A stretch of DNA of 64,000 bases, from NCBI GenBank assembly GCA_002721365.1, contig PBKC01000073.1, forward strand, positions 27,225-91,224, in the 5' to 3' direction. Source of the stretch: Rhodospirillaceae bacterium (GTDB taxonomy: Bacteria > Pseudomonadota > Alphaproteobacteria > GCA-2721365). Both the position numbers and the translations under genes were made by a program. The stretch's first letter is position 1. Each line of letters begins with the position of its first letter. The notes below the pieces were generated by a model, which was given only the letters and a program-made list of their open reading frames with translations, searched no databases and was not told where the DNA came from. This document shows, piece after piece, positions 34,821 to 43,869 of this stretch.

Positions 34821-36053
34821 TTATTCGTTTGGCGGTGTTGGATCGGGGAGACCGAAGACCTCATGCGGGGCCTCGACACCACGCAGACAGTGCGCTCCCA
34901 AGGGACGCCAGTCCCCAGGCCGATGGCGGGCGACCTCGGCGGTTGTGAGCACGGGCATGCCGATCGACTTGGTAAGGTCCTGCAGGCGGGCGGTTTCATT
35001 GACTGCAACCCCGACCACGCCGAATTCGACCCGTTCCGGTACACCGACATTGCCGTAGACCAGGTCACCCAGGTGAAGGCCGATGCCGAAGGACAGGGTC
35101 TTGAGGTAGGGACTTTCGGCGGTCGCGCGCACGACGTTTCGCCGCTCGAGGGCATCCGTGGCAGCGGTCAGAGCCCGTCCACAGGCGTCGGCCTCTGCAT
35201 CGGCGCCATCGTGCACGGGAAAGATGGCCAGCACCGCATCGCCGATCAGTTGCAGGACCTCTCCTCCGGCGGCGAGCACGGCGCCTGCCGTGCATTCGAA
35301 ATAGCTGTTGACCACCTCGAGCAGGGCGCTCGGTGGCAAGGCGCTGGCGATCGCGGTGGAGTTCCGCATATCGCTGTACCAGACGACGGCCCGGATCGCC
35401 TCGCCGTCGCCGCGTTTTATCTGTCCTTGAAGAACGCGGCTGCCCGATTCCGGGCCCAGATAGGCGGAGAGGACGTTGCTCGCTATCTGCTCCCGGATCG
35501 CGATCTTCAGGACGACCGCGAGGTACCGCTCGATCCGCAACAGAATCTGGACCTCGTCGTCACGGAACCCGCCCGATCGGTCGGTCGTCCATGACGCAAT
35601 GATCCCGGATTGACTGATCGAGGAGAACTGCACCATGCAGCCCAGCCAGTCGGTGGCGCCCGCCGCCTGGCGTTCCTGTAGCACCGGAAAGTCGAGCTGC
35701 GCGTCCGGGCCCTCCAGCTTTCGCCGCATGACGAAGGTGTTCGTCTCCAGCATGTGGGAGAACGGGCTGTTCCGCCATTCCTCGGTGTTCTCGGCGATGC
35801 CGTGAAGATGATCGACGCTTGTGACCGCTTTTTCTCGCTGCCACAGAACCGAGATCGCCGACACCAGCGGGTGCAGCGTTCGGAACGAGACAAGGACCCG
35901 ACACAAGGGAATTCCCGCGTCGAGCAGCCGGTCGCAGCAACCGCCGATGACCGACTCGGCATCGGTATCGTCGAGAGCCCGCTCCAGCAGCCAGTCCACC
36001 ACGGTACCCACAGGATCGTCCCGCTCGGCCGCGGCGAGCAACTCGGTCGTCAT
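34821..36053 (-). CDS. Adenylate/guanylate cyclase (class III) with uncharacterised N-terminal domain
   Basis: C-terminal CHD: AVVWYSDMRNSTAIA...GGEVLQLIGDAVLAIFP...GIGLHLGDLVYGNVG...FGVVGVAVNETARLQDL. I did not recognise the ~200-aa N-terminal region. Confidence 0.88.
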   Translation of the reverse strand: MTTELLAAAERDDPVGTVVDWLLERALDDTDAESVIGGCCDRLLDAGIPLCRVLVSFRTLHPLVSAISVLWQREKAVTSVDHLHGIAENTEEWRNSPFSHMLETNTFVMRRKLEGPDAQLDFPVLQERQAAGATDWLGCMVQFSSISQSGIIASWTTDRSGGFRDDEVQILLRIERYLAVVLKIAIREQIASNVLSAYLGPESGSRVLQGQIKRGDGEAIRAVVWYSDMRNSTAIASALPPSALLEVVNSYFECTAGAVLAAGGEVLQLIGDAVLAIFPVHDGADAEADACGRALTAATDALERRNVVRATAESPYLKTLSFGIGLHLGDLVYGNVGVPERVEFGVVGVAVNETARLQDLTKSIGMPVLTTAEVARHRPGDWRPLGAHCLRGVEAPHEVFGLPDPTPPNE

Positions 36054-36093
36054 GGCCGGTATCCCGACCTTTCCGCCGGTTGCGGCGATCGCA

Positions 36094-36816
36094 TCAGCCG
36101 TCTCGCGCCGCCTGGACGAAAGCGGCGAAGATTCGCGTGTCGGCCATGCTGATGGCGAATTCCGGGTGCCATTGTACGCCGAGACAAAAACGATAGCGGG
36201 TCGACTCTATTCCTTCGACCACGCCGTCGGGGGCCAGGGCGTCGACCACGCATTCCGGTGCCGCGAAGTCCACAGCCTGATGGTGAGCGCTGTTCACGGC
36301 GATCGTCTCGCTGCCGACGATACGGTGGAGCAGCGTGCCGTGGACGATGGTGACCTCGTGGCCCGCTTCGTTGCGCGGATTCGGCTGTTCATGCGCCAGG
36401 GCGTTGGGGATCGAGTCGGGAATATGCTGTATGAGACTGCCGCCCAAGGCCACATTGAGAAGCTGCTGACCGCCGCATATGCCAAGGACGGGGATGTTCC
36501 GGGCTAGCGCGCCGCGCGTCACCGCGAGCTCGAATCGGGTCCGCTTGTCTTTCGTCACGACGCTTTCATGTCGGGCATCGGCGCCGAACAGGACCGGGTC
36601 GACATCGAAGGCGCCCCCCGTGACGATCAGTCCCTGCAGGCGATCAAGATAGGCTTCGGCGCTTTCCGGCTCGTGCGGCAGCGCCACCGGCAACCCGCCG
36701 GCGCGGATCACCGCTTCGCAATAGTTCTGCCGGATCGCGTACCAAGGGAACTTCGAGTAGCCGCCGGCTTCTTCGCTGTCCAGGGTGAGGCCGATGAGGG
36801 GCGGGCGATCATGCAT
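36094..36816 (-). CDS. Gamma-glutamyl-GABA hydrolase-like class I glutamine amidotransferase (peptidase C26)
   Basis: PVLGICGGQQLLNVALGG supplies the nucleophile Cys. HHQAV and GVQWHPE are motifs typical of PuuD/C26. Confidence 0.88.
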   Translation of the reverse strand: MHDRPPLIGLTLDSEEAGGYSKFPWYAIRQNYCEAVIRAGGLPVALPHEPESAEAYLDRLQGLIVTGGAFDVDPVLFGADARHESVVTKDKRTRFELAVTRGALARNIPVLGICGGQQLLNVALGGSLIQHIPDSIPNALAHEQPNPRNEAGHEVTIVHGTLLHRIVGSETIAVNSAHHQAVDFAAPECVVDALAPDGVVEGIESTRYRFCLGVQWHPEFAISMADTRIFAAFVQAARDG

Positions 36817-36888
36817 GCCGACAGTCTAGTGGTGGGGCGGGGATCGCGGAAGGGTTGACGGGGGGGCGGCCTGTTCTAGGTTTTGCCG

Positions 36889-37338
36889 ATGGTGGCACCG
36901 GACTACATGGGGATGGCATTCATCGAAGCCGAAGCGGCCGGTCGCCGGGGCGAAGTTCCTGTCGGCGCTGTCGTCGTCGATTCGGCGGGAACTGTGCTGG
37001 CGCGGGCCGGAAACGAGATCGAAGAACGGCGCGACCCGACGGCCCATGCCGAAATGCTGGCTTTGCGGGAAGCCTGCCGAACGACCGGCAGCCCTCGACT
37101 CTCCGACTGCGACCTCTATGTGACCCTGGAGCCGTGCCCGATGTGTGCCCAGGCGATCGCGTTTGCACGCATCAGGCGAGTCTATTATGGGGCCGCCGAC
37201 CCCAAAGGTGGCGGCGTCGACCACGGGGCCCGCATATTCGCCGCACCGTCATGCCATCACAGGCCTGAGGTTTATGGCGGCATCCAGGAGATTCGCGCTG
37301 CCGGCCTGCTCAAGGAATTCTTCGCCACACGTCGTTGA
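36889..37338 (+). CDS. tadA: tRNA adenosine(34) deaminase
   Basis: MGMAFIEAEAAGRRGEVPVGAVVV...DPTAHAEMLALREA...TLEPCPMCAQAI are the CDA zinc motifs HAE and PCxxC. The start is the ATG at 36889 or the TTG at 36883. Confidence 0.92.
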   Translation: MVAPDYMGMAFIEAEAAGRRGEVPVGAVVVDSAGTVLARAGNEIEERRDPTAHAEMLALREACRTTGSPRLSDCDLYVTLEPCPMCAQAIAFARIRRVYYGAADPKGGGVDHGARIFAAPSCHHRPEVYGGIQEIRAAGLLKEFFATRR

Positions 37339-37345
37339 GGAGGAG

Positions 37346-37714
37346 ATGAGCGAGGAGACGTCCCAGGACATTGTTCATCGTTACGTTGCTGAACTGCTCC
37401 AGCACGCGCAATCGGCTCTCTGGCCCGAGCGGCGTGCAGCTCTGCAGTCGTTTCGCGAAGGGATTGATCGTAGTGACCGGGGGGATGTCGAAGCAGCTCT
37501 CGACGGGCTCGGTGTCGAGCTGCGAAACGAGGATGACGGCGCCGAGGTTCTGTTCCGGATCGTCCTTACGGTGTACCTGACCCAGCTCGACGATTCCGAG
37601 ATCACCAATCCGGATCAGGCGGCCCTTTTCCTCTGGTCTTTGGACGAGCATCACATCGAGCGCGCTGAGATGTGGTTTCAGGCCCATCCCGAGCATCCGC
37701 AGACCGTCGCGTGA
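37346..37714 (+). CDS. Hypothetical acidic cytoplasmic protein (122 aa)
   Basis: ATG at 37346 lies directly after a strong GAGGAGGAG and 8 nt after the tadA stop. The composition is gene-like and I recognised no family. Confidence 0.6.
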   Translation: MSEETSQDIVHRYVAELLQHAQSALWPERRAALQSFREGIDRSDRGDVEAALDGLGVELRNEDDGAEVLFRIVLTVYLTQLDDSEITNPDQAALFLWSLDEHHIERAEMWFQAHPEHPQTVA

Positions 37715-37966
37715 CAGCGGACGGCGGTGGTTCGCAACAAGGTCGCCAGACGGTCGTAATCGCTTGGTGAATATGATGTTTCGCCGGATGCGGTCTCTGC
37801 GTCTTGACATGCTTGGGACCCGCCATCATTTCTCGCCGACGCGCGATCGCTGGACGCCACTTTTTGCGTTGGATCGTGAAGTCCTTTTTGATATCAACCG
37901 CGCTTCCTGCCGGGGCCGAGTGCCCCTTCGTAGGGTGGAGCGAGAACTGCCTTCGGGGGTACTTCG

Positions 37967-38392
37967 ATGGACAACACTGCATACCTGACGTTTCCCATTC
38001 CAGACCGCGATGTCGAGACGCAGACCGACCCGTTCGTCGTCCGCAACGGTCTGCGTTTCGCTGGCACTCACCTGCTGATCGACCTGTGGGGAGGGCGCGG
38101 GATGGACGACATAGAGTACGTCGAACACAGTCTGCGCCGGGCCGCTGAGGCTTGCGGCGCAACCGTTCTCAATGTGGATCTGCATCGGTTTCAGCCGACC
38201 GGCGTGTCTGGTGTCGCCGTGCTGGCCGAGTCGCATATCAGCATCCACACATGGCCGGAGAACGATTACGCGGCGATCGACATCTTCGTGTGCGGGAAGT
38301 GCGATCCGTATCTGGCCGTTCCGGTGCTGCGCCAGGCTTTTGCGCCTGAGAAGATCCAACTCGCCGAACATAAGCGTGGTCTGACCGAATGA
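37967..38392 (+). CDS. speD: S-adenosylmethionine decarboxylase proenzyme (small prokaryotic class)
   Basis: GVSGVAVLAESHISIHTWPENDYAAIDIFVCG contains the E-S self-cleavage site and the conserved HTWPE context. Confidence 0.92.
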   Translation: MDNTAYLTFPIPDRDVETQTDPFVVRNGLRFAGTHLLIDLWGGRGMDDIEYVEHSLRRAAEACGATVLNVDLHRFQPTGVSGVAVLAESHISIHTWPENDYAAIDIFVCGKCDPYLAVPVLRQAFAPEKIQLAEHKRGLTE

Positions 38393-39240
38393 AGTGGCTG
38401 GTGGAGGAGCTTTACGCTCCGATTCACCAAGCCCTCCGCATCGACGTCTCGATCCACCATGGGCGTTCCGACTTCCAGCAGATCGATATTTTCGAGAATG
38501 CGGTTCTCGGGAAGGTGCTCGCGCTTGACGGTGTGATCCAGACCACCGAGCGGGACGAGCATGTCTACCATGAGATGCTGACGCATGTGCCGATCATGGC
38601 CCATGGCGCCGTCAAGCACGTGCTGATCATCGGCGGCGGCGATGGCGGCATGCTGGAAGAGGTGCTCAAGCATCCGGTCGAATCGGCGACCATGGTGGAG
38701 ATCGACGGCGAAGTGGTGTCGCTCAGCCGTCAGCACCTTCCGAGCATTTGCGGACAGGCGTTCGATGACCCGCGCGCCGACGTGATTATCGGTGACGGAG
38801 CGGCGTTCATGCGGGAATCGGACAAACGATTCGACGTCATCATCGTCGACTCGTCTGATCCGATCGGTCCGGCCGAGGTCTTGTTCCGTCAGGAATTCTA
38901 CGCGGCCTGCCGGGCACGGCTGACGCCGGGTGGCGTTCTGGTCACGCAGAATGGTGTGGTCTTCTACCAGCAGGACGAGGTGCTGGGGACCCATCGTTGC
39001 TTCCGGAATGTATTCCAGAAGCATGGCTTCTATTTTGCCGCTGTTCCCATGTATGTCGGTGGTAATATGGCGTTCGGGTGGGCGAGCGACGCGCTCGATC
39101 TCCTGGCGATTGACCGAGATGCGCTGAACGGGCGGTGGGAGAAGGCGGGCATCACGACCGACTACTACAATCCCGACATCCACGCGGCTTCGATGGCGTG
39201 TCCGAGTGCGCTGAAGCGGCGGTTGGAGCAGGGCGTTTAG
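38389..39240 (+). CDS. speE: Spermidine synthase (polyamine aminopropyltransferase)
   Basis: ATGA overlap with the speD stop. QQIDIFEN...LALDGVIQTTERDEHVYHEMLTHVP...VLIIGGGDGGMLEEVLKH...IIVDSSDPIGPA. Confidence 0.93.
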   Translation: MKWLVEELYAPIHQALRIDVSIHHGRSDFQQIDIFENAVLGKVLALDGVIQTTERDEHVYHEMLTHVPIMAHGAVKHVLIIGGGDGGMLEEVLKHPVESATMVEIDGEVVSLSRQHLPSICGQAFDDPRADVIIGDGAAFMRESDKRFDVIIVDSSDPIGPAEVLFRQEFYAACRARLTPGGVLVTQNGVVFYQQDEVLGTHRCFRNVFQKHGFYFAAVPMYVGGNMAFGWASDALDLLAIDRDALNGRWEKAGITTDYYNPDIHAASMACPSALKRRLEQGV

Positions 39241-39428
39241 ATGGCTCGCCGCGGTGTGGTGGTAAACTGCTGCGTCACAGGTGTGCTTTTCAGGCAACGT
39301 CGACGGTAAAATATATTGGTTTCCTTAACTTGGCGGGGCGATAAGGTTTGACGGGCAAAGGATGGTCCGGTACCAACATTGCCACGCTGGGTTGTCAGAT
39401 AATTCGATTCGAGGGGCAGAGGTTCGAA

Positions 39429-40508
39429 ATGCGAAAGCTGGGTCTAGTGACCACCCTGGCATTGGCGGGGGCGGTCTTCGCCACGCCAGGCCAAGCGTCG
39501 GAGCAGGCGTCGCCGGATACGTCGCCTGATAACTTCACCACGGTGGTGGCTTCCACGGTGGTCGCGGCGCCGGTTGTGACCGAGGTGACGACGACCACCA
39601 ACCTCAAGACAATTACTCGCGGCATTAGCCGGCTGGCGCCGGGTGGCGGTGGCGGTGGAACCGGCGTTGGTGCGCCCGGTCAGGCGCAGACCAGCTTCCT
39701 CGAAGGTCAGCAGGGCATGGCTGCCGGCGGCGGTGAAGGAAAGCTCGGCATCTGGGTCAACTCCGGTTGGTCTGACATCGAGAACGATCTGTCCTCGACG
39801 GCCATGGACGGCGATGTCTTCTCGGTGTTCGGCGGTGCTGACTACATGGTCACCGATCGCCTCTTCCTCGGCGTGTCTGCCGGTTGGGAGACCAGCGACA
39901 TCGACACGACCTTCAACCGAGGCACGATCGAGTCGGACGGCTTCACGATCGCGCCCTACGCCTTGTTCGTTATCAACAACTGGCTGACCTTCGACGCCAG
40001 TGCCGGTTACTCGTGGCTCAACTATGACACGACCCGGACGAATCTCGGCGGGACGCTCGTCAACGGCAGCTTCGACTCCAACCGGTGGTTCGCGTCGGCC
40101 AACTTGACCGGCTACTACTCGGTCAACAACTGGAACCTGTCGGGCTCCGTCGGCTACCTCTACACGAAGGAGGAGCAGGACAGCTTCACCGAGAGTGACG
40201 GTACGCTGAACCGCGACCAGACGGTCAAGCTCGGTCAGATCAACGTTGGCGCGACGGTCGGTTACTCGCTGGGCAAGATGGAGCCGTATGTGACGGCGAC
40301 CTACCAGATCGACACCACACGGACCGATATCGTCGTCGGTACCAATCAGGCTCAGCCGGCTAACGATGAAACCGGCTTCATCCTCGGTGGCGGTGTCCGC
40401 TTCTCCCTCAGCGACCGTGTCAGCGGCGCTCTGGAAGCGACCACCGAAGAAGGCCGCGAGGACGTGAGCAGCACGACGGTCAACGGTACGATCAGGATCC
40501 GCTTCTGA
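39429..40508 (+). CDS. Autotransporter-type outer-membrane beta-barrel protein with very short passenger
   Basis: ATG at 39429. Signal peptide MRKLGLVTTLALAGAVFATPGQA. About 80 aa of Thr/Val/Gly-rich passenger. Then an autotransporter beta-domain pattern (LGIWVNSGWSDIEND...FSVFGGADYMVTDRLFLGVSAGWE...) ending IRIRF. Confidence 0.82.
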   Translation: MRKLGLVTTLALAGAVFATPGQASEQASPDTSPDNFTTVVASTVVAAPVVTEVTTTTNLKTITRGISRLAPGGGGGGTGVGAPGQAQTSFLEGQQGMAAGGGEGKLGIWVNSGWSDIENDLSSTAMDGDVFSVFGGADYMVTDRLFLGVSAGWETSDIDTTFNRGTIESDGFTIAPYALFVINNWLTFDASAGYSWLNYDTTRTNLGGTLVNGSFDSNRWFASANLTGYYSVNNWNLSGSVGYLYTKEEQDSFTESDGTLNRDQTVKLGQINVGATVGYSLGKMEPYVTATYQIDTTRTDIVVGTNQAQPANDETGFILGGGVRFSLSDRVSGALEATTEEGREDVSSTTVNGTIRIRF

Positions 40509-40515
40509 TCCCTTC

Positions 40516-41394
40516 GTGACCGGACATTTCACGGCAAAGAGGGCCCAGCGTTTACGCTGGGCCCTTTTTCTTGTTGGGGTTCTCGGCCTCAGCGGCTGTA
40601 AATCGGGCGGGTGGATCGGCGATAACCGCGAGCTCGCGCGAGACATTGCCGGGTCCAACGGGTTCGTGGAGCGTCGTTTCGATGCCGGCTTGTTCTTCTT
40701 GGCGGGCTTCGAGAAAAGGGGAACCACGCCGCAGAAGCCGCTCGTCGTCTACATAGAAGGCGATGGGCATGCGTGGTCGAGCCGCTATCACATTTCTCCG
40801 GACCCGACGCCCTGGAATCCGGTGTCGTTGCGCCTCGCCGTCCAGGATTCGGCCCCGAACGTGCTGTACCTCGCACGCCCATGCCAGTTTACGGTCGGCA
40901 GTGAGCGGCGGAATTGCTCGCCTGCCTATTGGACGACGCACCGCTTCGCGCCCGAAGTCATTGAGAGCGCCAACAAGGCGATCGAACGGGTGAAGGCCGA
41001 GGCCCGGGCATCGGGCGTCGCACTGGTGGGCTATTCCGGCGGAGGGTCCGTTGCGGCGCTGGTGGCGGCCGAGCGATCAGACGTCGTACGTCTGACGACG
41101 TTGGCTGCGAATCTCGACCACGCCCTCTGGACCCGGCAGCATGAGATCACGCCTCTCAGCGGCTCTTTGAATGCGGCGGATGTCGCGTCCCGGCTGCAAG
41201 AGGTGCCGCAGGTCCATTTTATTGGTGGCAGCGATGATGTCGTGCCCGCTTCTGTGATCGAGTCTTATGTGCGACGGATGACCGATACCAGTCATGTCCG
41301 GACAGTCGTCGTTCCGGGCTACGACCATGATTGCTGCTGGATCGAGGCGTGGCCCGATCTCAATCGACAGAGTCTGCTGGCCGAGTCCAGGTAA
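40516..41394 (+). CDS. Lipoprotein, alpha/beta-hydrolase fold (VirJ/DUF-type)
   Basis: The GTG at 40516 gives a well-formed lipoprotein signal (MTGHFTAKRAQRLRWALFLVGVLGLSGC). LVGYSGGGSVAAL is a nucleophile-elbow-like motif. No alternative in-frame start would retain the signal peptide. Confidence 0.72.
   Translation: MTGHFTAKRAQRLRWALFLVGVLGLSGCKSGGWIGDNRELARDIAGSNGFVERRFDAGLFFLAGFEKRGTTPQKPLVVYIEGDGHAWSSRYHISPDPTPWNPVSLRLAVQDSAPNVLYLARPCQFTVGSERRNCSPAYWTTHRFAPEVIESANKAIERVKAEARASGVALVGYSGGGSVAALVAAERSDVVRLTTLAANLDHALWTRQHEITPLSGSLNAADVASRLQEVPQVHFIGGSDDVVPASVIESYVRRMTDTSHVRTVVVPGYDHDCCWIEAWPDLNRQSLLAESR
40540..40572 (+). terminator. Rho-independent terminator downstream of the autotransporter gene
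   Basis: AGGGCCCAGCG (40540-40550) - TTTA - CGCTGGGCCCT (40555-40565), followed by TTTTCTT. It lies inside the 5' end of the next ORF. Confidence 0.75.
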
Positions 41395-41430
41395 CGTTTT
41401 TCGGCGGCTACCGAAAGTGACGGGGGCCGG

Positions 41431-42267
41431 GTGACACAGCGACGTTTCGGCATGACGGCGTCGACGGCATGGCTGTTGGCCGCCGTCTGTCTCGTGCCGG
41501 TTTACGTTAGTACCTTCGATGTATGGCGGTGGCTGCTCGCCGTCGTTCCCTATGACGGAGCATCCGCTATTCCCATCCTCGCGGCTGTCGCGGTCGCAGG
41601 ATGGGCGGTTCTTACGTTGCACCGGCGGCGGCAGGAAGGCCGCGGGTCCTGGTTGGCATTAGGGGCCGCAGTCGCGTTAGGGGTGTTGGCCCTCGCCATG
41701 ATCGACCCGCATTATCCGGCCAAGCGGATACATCTCGTCGAATATATCGCCCTGGCCTTTGTCCTTCGCCGGGCGGCCGCTGAGCATCTGTCGGGGACCG
41801 GCTTGCTTTTGGCGACGGCGGCCATCGCTGCGTTGCTCGGTGTTCACGACGAGCTTCTTCAAGGCGCTCATCCCGATCGGCGGTTCGCTCTCGTCGATGT
41901 CGGCGTCAATGCGTTGGCTGGTTGCGTCGGCGCGCTGATCGGATATGCGACCGATCTGTTCGCGGGCGTGGAGCGGTCAGCGTCGGTCAGCCGTTCTGGC
42001 GAGTCGGTGGCGCCTGTCATCGCGGCTGCCTGGATGATGTTTGCGGTCCTTCTTGCCGTATTCGCCGTCAGCCGGTCGGTGGGAAAGGACCAGTTCTCGC
42101 TTTGGATGTTTCTTCCAATGTTCGGAGCAGGATTCAACTGGTTGCTCGTTCGCGAGGACCGCAGCGCGTCGGGCGCCCGCTGGGCCGTCGATGTGATCGT
42201 GCTGTTCGGGCTGGCGACGGCTCTCGTTCCTGGACTGGTCGATGTCGCGGCATTCGATTTCCGTTAG
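41431..42267 (+). CDS. VanZ-like family membrane protein
   Basis: Multi-TM protein. KRIHLVEYIALAFVLRR...VHDELLQGAHPDRRFALVDVGVNALAGCVGALIG resembles the VanZ core. The start is the GTG at 41431 or the ATG at 41452. Confidence 0.7.
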   Translation: MTQRRFGMTASTAWLLAAVCLVPVYVSTFDVWRWLLAVVPYDGASAIPILAAVAVAGWAVLTLHRRRQEGRGSWLALGAAVALGVLALAMIDPHYPAKRIHLVEYIALAFVLRRAAAEHLSGTGLLLATAAIAALLGVHDELLQGAHPDRRFALVDVGVNALAGCVGALIGYATDLFAGVERSASVSRSGESVAPVIAAAWMMFAVLLAVFAVSRSVGKDQFSLWMFLPMFGAGFNWLLVREDRSASGARWAVDVIVLFGLATALVPGLVDVAAFDFR

Positions 42268-43861
42268 TCTCGCGGCGCTCCTGCTCGTCGTTGCGGCCGT
42301 CCTGGCGGTCGTTCAGCATGCCGCGCCGAAGCCGCTCAACGTCATTTTTCTCACGGTCGAAAGCTTCCGGGCGGATGCGATCGGCCCGGAACGCACACCG
42401 CATCTTTGGGCGGCAGCAGCAGAAGGCACCCGCTATACGGGCCACCGGGCGGTTTCGGCCTGGACCGCCGCGAACATCGTTTCGCTGTTGAGCGGTCTTT
42501 CGCCCCTTGAGCACGGTGTTCACACGCGCGGGCGCTCTCTGGCACCGGCATGGAAGACGGCGCTCGAAGACCTGGCGGCACGTGGATGGCGTGTGGCCGG
42601 CCTTCAGCCTTTCATGCAGGTGCAGGTGTTCGATAATCTCGGCCTCTCCATCGCCCCCGGCGAGAACTGGCGGCGATGGGCGGCCGATGCTGCTTTGTCG
42701 GAGCAACCCTTCGTGCTCTGGCACCATTATCTGGAGACGCACCTTCCCTATGCGCCGACAGCGGCTTTCATGCCGGATTGGCGTGCTTTGTTGCCCGAAG
42801 GTGACCCGAAGGCCGAAGCGCGTGTCGCGACGGTAGCGAAGGACCCCGCCATCCCGGCGGGTTCCGTCGATTTTTCGGTATCCGACCGGCCGGCGATCGA
42901 AACCCTCTACCGTGCGGGAGTCACGGAGTTCGACGCTTGGTTCGATGGCTTCTGGCGCTATCTGAACGAGTCGGGGCTCAGGCGCGATACGGTCGTGGTG
43001 CTGACGTCCGATCACGGCGAAGAACTGCTGGAGCGTGGGAACGTCGGTCACGCCTCGACGACCCGCGCCGCCCATCTTCATGAGGAAATCGTCCACATCC
43101 CGCTGATCATCTGGCTGCCGCCGGGGGACGGACGCCTGCCGGCAGGAGGCGTGGTCGACAGCATGAACGATCACCTGGACCTCATGCCTACGGTCCTCGA
43201 CTTGCTGGGCGTCGAGCCGACCACCGCTCTCGAAGGAGTCAGCCTGCTGCGCGGTGGAAAACAACGCTGGTTCGGCATGACCAGTCGCGGCGGCTATGCC
43301 GAAAAAGCGCCGGAAGCGCCGCTCAGCTTCGTCTATGGGGTAATCGACGGGCGGTGGAAGCTGCAGAGTGAGGAAACGGATGACGAAGCCGGTTGTGACT
43401 CGCTCTACGACCTGGATGCGGATCCGGGCGAATTGGCGAACCTTGCGGCCGACCGTCCGGAACAGGTCGCCCGGCTGCATGCGCTGATCGAGACCAGGAA
43501 CGGCCAGGCGAGGCGCCCCGCCGCGGCGGGTGTCGCGACCTCGGCTATGGGGCCGCCGCCGGAATGGGTATTGCCGGAAGGAAGCGGCAGCTTCGGATAT
43601 GACGACCTTGCCGGCAGGTTTCGCCTCGCCTGGTCGGGGCCGGCAGATGCCGACTACGTGCTTCAGTATCGGGTGGGAGAAGGGTTGCTGTCGTTCGACG
43701 GAACCCTGGACGTTCACGGCACCGAAAAGGATTTCGGGACCATCGAGCGGAGCTATTGGGAAACTTGGGTCGTTCCTTACAGCCCCTATCGCGTCCGCGT
43801 CGGATATGCGGGAGACGATCCGCGCTGGAGCCCCTGGCTGGACCTGACCGCCAAACCTTGA
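42242..43861 (+). CDS. Sulfatase-like hydrolase/transferase (alkaline-phosphatase superfamily), membrane-anchored
   Basis: An N-terminal TM helix, then NVIFLTVESFRADAIG, SAWTAANIVSLLSGL and VVVLTSDHGEELLERGNVGHA. A ~90-aa C-terminal beta-rich extension follows. Confidence 0.85.
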   Translation: MSRHSISVSLAALLLVVAAVLAVVQHAAPKPLNVIFLTVESFRADAIGPERTPHLWAAAAEGTRYTGHRAVSAWTAANIVSLLSGLSPLEHGVHTRGRSLAPAWKTALEDLAARGWRVAGLQPFMQVQVFDNLGLSIAPGENWRRWAADAALSEQPFVLWHHYLETHLPYAPTAAFMPDWRALLPEGDPKAEARVATVAKDPAIPAGSVDFSVSDRPAIETLYRAGVTEFDAWFDGFWRYLNESGLRRDTVVVLTSDHGEELLERGNVGHASTTRAAHLHEEIVHIPLIIWLPPGDGRLPAGGVVDSMNDHLDLMPTVLDLLGVEPTTALEGVSLLRGGKQRWFGMTSRGGYAEKAPEAPLSFVYGVIDGRWKLQSEETDDEAGCDSLYDLDADPGELANLAADRPEQVARLHALIETRNGQARRPAAAGVATSAMGPPPEWVLPEGSGSFGYDDLAGRFRLAWSGPADADYVLQYRVGEGLLSFDGTLDVHGTEKDFGTIERSYWETWVVPYSPYRVRVGYAGDDPRWSPWLDLTAKP

Positions 43862-43869
43862 CCCTGAAG

